14,116 nt of DNA from Selaginella moellendorffii (lineage: Eukaryota > Plantae > Lycopodiophyta), in NCBI RefSeq assembly GCF_000143415.4, contig NW_003314543.1:1-14116 (forward strand), written 5' to 3'. A program made the translations under genes and the position numbers. The notes below the pieces were generated by a model, which searched no databases, had not been told where the DNA came from, and saw only the letters and a program-made list of their open reading frames with translations. Positions 9,430 through 14,116 of the stretch are shown here, in pieces (position 1 is the stretch's first letter; each line of letters opens with the position of its first letter).

Positions 9430-11228
9430 CTCTCCCCCCCTTAGGGAAAATTGATATCCTTGTTAATACATACTATAGTAGAACACTGCCAAAGAAAAAT
9501 CTCTAGAAAAAGTTTATGGTGTTCACATTTTATAAGAAATCCATTAACTTAAATGAGTTTGGGTAACTTTTCTATCTAACGTAAATGCACTACACTCAAA
9601 CACCTTCCAGCCATCACTAAAAAAGAAATCACTAACAGAGTTAGGCATCCTTGCTGCTCTAGGTGTCATCAAGCCTATGAAAGATGATAACCCTTGCTCG
9701 TATGTGGCATAGAGAGCCAACCCTTATGAGCAAAGAAACCAAACCTATTGATAAGGTTTAAATAGACTACTATAAACAGGTAGTTAGAGTTGTTTACATG
9801 GTCACACCCTTTTAAATAAAATAAGAAACATTAAGAGAGAGGCAGGTGATGTGACCAGTTGACAGTAGTTACCCCATGACTAAAGAGCTCACCATACACA
9901 TAAAGTGCTGAAGCCAATCTGCCTATACCAGCCCAAACCCAAAAATAAAAAAATGGACAATATCAAAGTCATAGACAAGAGACTTAATTATCAATGAATA
10001 AATCTTAGATTAGAACACAAAAGTATTCCAACTAAGTTATCATATGATAAACTAATATTAGAGTATAGAAACCACCAAAATCATTATAGGTGAAAGTCAT
10101 AGGATTCACTATCCAATAAAATTCAAAAGCTAGTGTATCATCAAGTATACTCAATAATAAAACTTAACTATAAAAAATTGTAGATAGCATGCTAAGCAAC
10201 TTATGTAAGATAACTCAAAGAACACAAAATATCATTGATTGCCAAGAAAAATGCTCGCAAATGTATCACCCAAAAGAAGTAACATTTAATCTAACAAAAC
10301 CAACTGTAATAATAATCAACAAAATAGAATGAATGTTGTAAAGACTAATAAACACAATATTCATGTTAACTATCATACTAGCCAATTTGAATAGATCTTA
10401 GTTAACAATATTAAGGAATTCAGTATTTTTAAGTAAGAGCTAGTAACTTCCTACTGATGTTTCAAACCCAAAAGACCAATCCAAAGCAAATCACAAAGAA
10501 TATGTGGTAATGTAAAAAGCCAAAAGCCAAAAACCATCAAAGAGAATAATTAACTATTATGAAAGATCATCAATTATCCCATTAATGAAGAGATGCATAA
10601 TCATCATCAAAGAAATAATCCATCATCCCAAAGAATGGTAAATTATTCTATATCAATAATAATCAAACAAAGCCTTTGACAAGGATAATTAATTATTCTA
10701 GATAATATTCAATCATCACTAATAATCGCCAGATGCAAAAACTAACTTCAACAATAAAGCTAATGAGCCAAAATGCCTTCCCCCAACAACGTTTAACAAA
10801 TTGAATAATAAGCATGAAATTTAAAAAACCAGAAGCTCAAAGAAGCCTATAACCAAGTTTCATCTAATAATGATTATGAGTCTTGCATGAACTAATTTTA
10901 ATGCTAAAGAATAAATCATAATACAACCCATAATATCTTTCTCAACATATCTAGAAGCAAAACTTCATAATGCCAAAGCTAATGAATAGCATTTTTGCAT
11001 CAATTCAAAAACTAAGCATAACAAAGCTATGTTCAATAAGTGACCACCAAATTGATCCTCTATAAATTCATCTATAGTAAGATGTAACTCACTTCATAAT
11101 AAGCACAAAAAAATCACTAATGATTGATATATTTATAATTCAAATCCAACAAGGAACCAATATTTTAAAATTAATCACTAACTTTTCCTTTAGCAAGACT
11201 AGTATACCCAATGCAAAGCTCAACCCTT

Positions 11229-11313
11229 ACTAGATAATCTGGTCTAGAATGTAACTAACTCAAACTTGCCACTCAATTGGCTCAATATATTTACTAACTA
11301 GAAAGTGCATGAA
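11229..11313 (+). repeat. ~85-bp direct repeat, copy 1
   Basis: ACTAGATAATCT.GTCTAGAATGTAA.TAACTCAAACTTGCCACTCAATTGG...TTACTAACTAGAAA recurs at 12666-12757. Confidence 0.88.
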
Positions 11314-12665
11314 AGCTCTATTTCGTTAAAGTGGGAATTGTCATTATGCCACTTGTAAAATAAGGTTTCCAAACCTTTATATAGTATATAAATATAACAA
11401 AATTCAACTACATTGAGGCACATGCCATTTTATTTTAAACAAGGAAATATCTACTCAATCACTTCTCCTCCCCCTGCCACTGCTTCACCTCTCTCTTCTC
11501 CTTGTCATCGTCGTCCAATTTCTTTCCATCTTTTTAATATTGGCTCAGTTGCTCCGAGTCTAGGTGGAGCCCAAGTCCCCATTCAATCTTTATTTTCCCC
11601 TTATTAATAAAACAACTTCGTAGACTTCCAATAACATGCTGTAACACTTCTAGTATAATGCAAATCCTCTCAAAGAATTGTCTTTTAATATTAATACAAT
11701 GGCATGGAACCCCATGCCATAATTATTTACATTTTTAAATAAATACATGCCATCTCAGACTGTTATTTTTTGCCTCCAACACCTATACAATAATCTTGGA
11801 ATTTCATCACTCTCCACACTATCAGGATTTAAACCCAATAGTAATGCCATCTCTTCTCTAATACGTCCACACTCATGTTCAGTGGTCGAAGAACCCATCT
11901 GGTTGAAGATACCTTACTCAATATTCGAGACCAATCCAACACTATAAACTAAATGCAACCAAATGATATTGACAAAGATGGAATTGATATACTAACATGG
12001 AAAAATTATGAAAGTTTAATGATACGATCCTTTGCAACACCATTTTGTAAAGCAAGTCTATCATTGTTAAATCATTATCAAGCAAAGCAAGTGTCAATAG
12101 TCTTTAACAAAGTCTATTAGCAATCAAAAACTATAAGATGGATTCATTTTGGTACACAACCTTTTCATAGATAAAAATATAATATAGGTACTAACACCTC
12201 AACTTTAAACAACTAAGTTGATAATCACTATCTTTAACAAAGATGTAAGGCCACCAAGACCAAATCAAGATTAATAAAAGCTCATTACTTTTATAGAGTT
12301 TAATAAAATGTAAAGTGCAATATGCCACCAAGAATAATGCTATAAAAAAAATATACAAGGGTCACCTTTCTAGAAAAGCATAATACCCACTTTTTTACAC
12401 TAACTCTAGAGTCTATCCAACTTAATTGCTTTAGCCCCAAGACTCATTATCACTTTCGGGCCACATCATATAAATTATATACTAAGGTTTAAGCCAACCA
12501 AAGTCAACTCTAACCTCTTCATTAGTTTCTATTGACTTATAAAAATGGAATAGTTTTCGAGAAAAATAATCAAAAAATCAACCATTGGAAAAACCTAAAA
12601 TAAATTGTGGAAAATTTTTCATATTATAAAAAGAATCACTCTTAGTCTAGAAATATAAATGAAGA

Positions 12666-12757
12666 ACTAGATAATCTTGTCTAGAATGTAATTAACTCAA
12701 ACTTGCCACTCAATTGGTTTGAATGTCAATATAGTTACTAACTAGAAAATACATGAA
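12666..12757 (+). repeat. ~85-bp direct repeat, copy 2
   Basis: About 90% identical to 11229-11313, with a ~7-bp indel. Confidence 0.88.
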
Positions 12758-12782
12758 TATCAATAATACAGCCAAAATTTCA

Positions 12783-12808
12783 TGTGTGTGCGTGTGTGTG
12801 TATATATG

Positions 12809-12848
<40 letters not shown>
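12783..12848. repeat. (TG)n/(TA)n compound microsatellite
   Basis: TG repeats at 12783-12800; pure TA run at 12814-12848 continuing into the gap. Confidence 0.97.
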
Positions 12849-12948
12849 NNNNNNNNNNNNNNNNNNNNNNNNNNNNNNNNNNNNNNNNNNNNNNNNNNNN
12901 NNNNNNNNNNNNNNNNNNNNNNNNNNNNNNNNNNNNNNNNNNNNNNNN
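12849..12948. other. Assembly gap (100 N)
   Basis: Exactly 100 Ns, probably a placeholder of unknown true size. Confidence 0.99.
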
Positions 12949-13582
12949 CAAAAAACAAGACTAACTAGCAACTCAAAATCATCACAATTTATAATTCTAT
13001 AAAATCACAGAGGTGAGGGTGCCAATCCCCTTACCTATAGCATGTAAAGTGATCACTACTACACCCCCTTTTAACACACTTATGAGTGATTACAAATGTA
13101 TAGGGTAAAATATGTTATTATACCTTCTAACATATGTTATACATTTAGATTAATCAAGTATAAATATATTTAAAAAATTTAAAATTTCTTAAACAGCTAT
13201 CTTCTGGATATTTATAAATTATAAAAATGTTTACAGTTATAAACTTTCTTAAGCACCCATTCTTGCCATAAATAATCATATTACCTTACTGTGCTGGGTT
13301 GAGTGATGGGCTCTCCTATCATATATGTGATGATAGGAGAGTGGCAATTCTTTGCTGTCCTGCTTGTACTGTAGGATGTGGTGATGAAATTGAGAGAAAG
13401 AATGAAGGGAAGATTTTTCTTCATTTCATTCATTAGAACTCTTGATTTCTCTTGTCTAAACTTTGCATAGAAAACTCTACTCTAAACTTTATATGAAAAC
13501 AAACACATGAGTTACTACATTGTAAGGAAATGAGTGGAACTTAAGGGCTTCGTGTCTTTATTATGTTAAATTGTTTATGAAC

Positions 13583-14107
13583 TTATAGCAATAATGTTGG
13601 TGTAGGAGCTGGGCCTGGTGCTGATGCTGGTGATTCTGGTGCCAATGCTGGAGGTGTTGGTACTGGTAGTCACGATAGGGATGGTGTTGGTGAAAGTGAA
13701 GGTGTTGGTGTTGGTGATAGTGGTGGTGGTTGTGTTCTAGGTGGAGTTCTTGGTCGTGGTGGTAGAGGCATTCTTGGTCGTGGTGGGGGTGGTCTTCTAG
13801 GTGGTGGTGGTGGTGGAGGACTTGGTGGTGGTGGAGGTGAACAAGCATTTGGAGTAAAATAATAGGGTCCACAAGTGAACTTATTATTTCCATTATTGAT
13901 GCATGTTCTTAAGGATTGGCCACTTGATCCACCATTTATGTCTGTTAAGAAAGAACACCCTCGGGGTGCTCTACTCGTATCGACACTCACTCGGCAACTC
14001 TCAATATCTGTTCCAGTCTTCACTAATTTAAAGATATTAAAGTATCCTCTATTATTTGTAAATGATGAATCACTGTCTCTTGGACAAACCAGAGTTTACC
14101 TTGGCAT
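13583..14107 (-). pseudogene. Last exon of a Pollen Ole e 1/PAC-domain protein with extensin/AGP-like Pro-rich tail; apparently disabled
   Basis: Acceptor TTTCAG|AT at 14108/14107. Reads xAKV/TLVC...TNNRGYF...CRVSV...C...TDINGGSSG..L...GPYYFTPNAC (PAC-like), then SP5, SP7 and PTP repeats. An extra base in the T run at 14095-14097 breaks the frame. TGA at 13670-13672 is followed in frame by 28 more Pro/Ala-rich codons to TAA at 13583-13585. The 5' exon lies outside the window. Confidence 0.78.
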
Positions 14108-14116
14108 CTGAAAGAT

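Noticed and set aside
11699-11720. Hairpin as a Helitron 3' terminator
   Set aside because: No CTRR terminus shortly downstream on either strand.
12710-13002. ORFs with YI repeats and X runs
   Set aside because: Artefacts of the TA microsatellite and the N gap.
13030-13108. Imperfect inverted repeat (TTACC-TATA...ATCACT / AGTGAT...TATAGGGTAA) as a tiny MITE
   Set aside because: Short, gapped, AT-rich and without a convincing TSD.
13561-13893. His/Gln-rich 110-aa ORF
   Set aside because: Shifted-frame shadow of the CCA-rich proline codons of the PAC/extensin exon.
1-14116. CRISPR array or other prokaryotic system
   Set aside because: No regularly spaced repeat-spacer pattern or operon-like gene density. 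All recognisable content is plant nuclear.

Overview
Land-plant nuclear DNA that is mostly transposon-derived. 492-5406 is a complete but decayed Ty3/gypsy LTR retrotransposon (233-bp LTRs, tRNA-iMet PBS, PPT, one gag-PR-RT-RH-IN frame broken by stops and two 1-bp deletions). Only 6 bp beyond it (TTGCAA) is a 391-bp TRIM on the opposite strand (5413-5803). Main observation: neither element has its own TSD, but the pair is flanked by ATGGC/ATAGC. The spacer equals the post-LTR 'TTG' of each element joined end to end, the two share LTR termini, and their LTR-LTR divergence is the same (~6%). This suggests an autonomous element and its non-autonomous partner integrated together as one tail-to-tail heterodimer. 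6370-9442 is a nest built on an older minus-strand gypsy relic. 9443-13300 is AT-rich, largely unassignable, and includes a (TA)n tract and a 100-N gap. The window ends in the last exon of a minus-strand Pollen Ole e 1/PAC-domain, extensin-like gene with a 1-nt frameshift and an in-frame UGA. All alignments and translations were done by eye, and no database searches were run.
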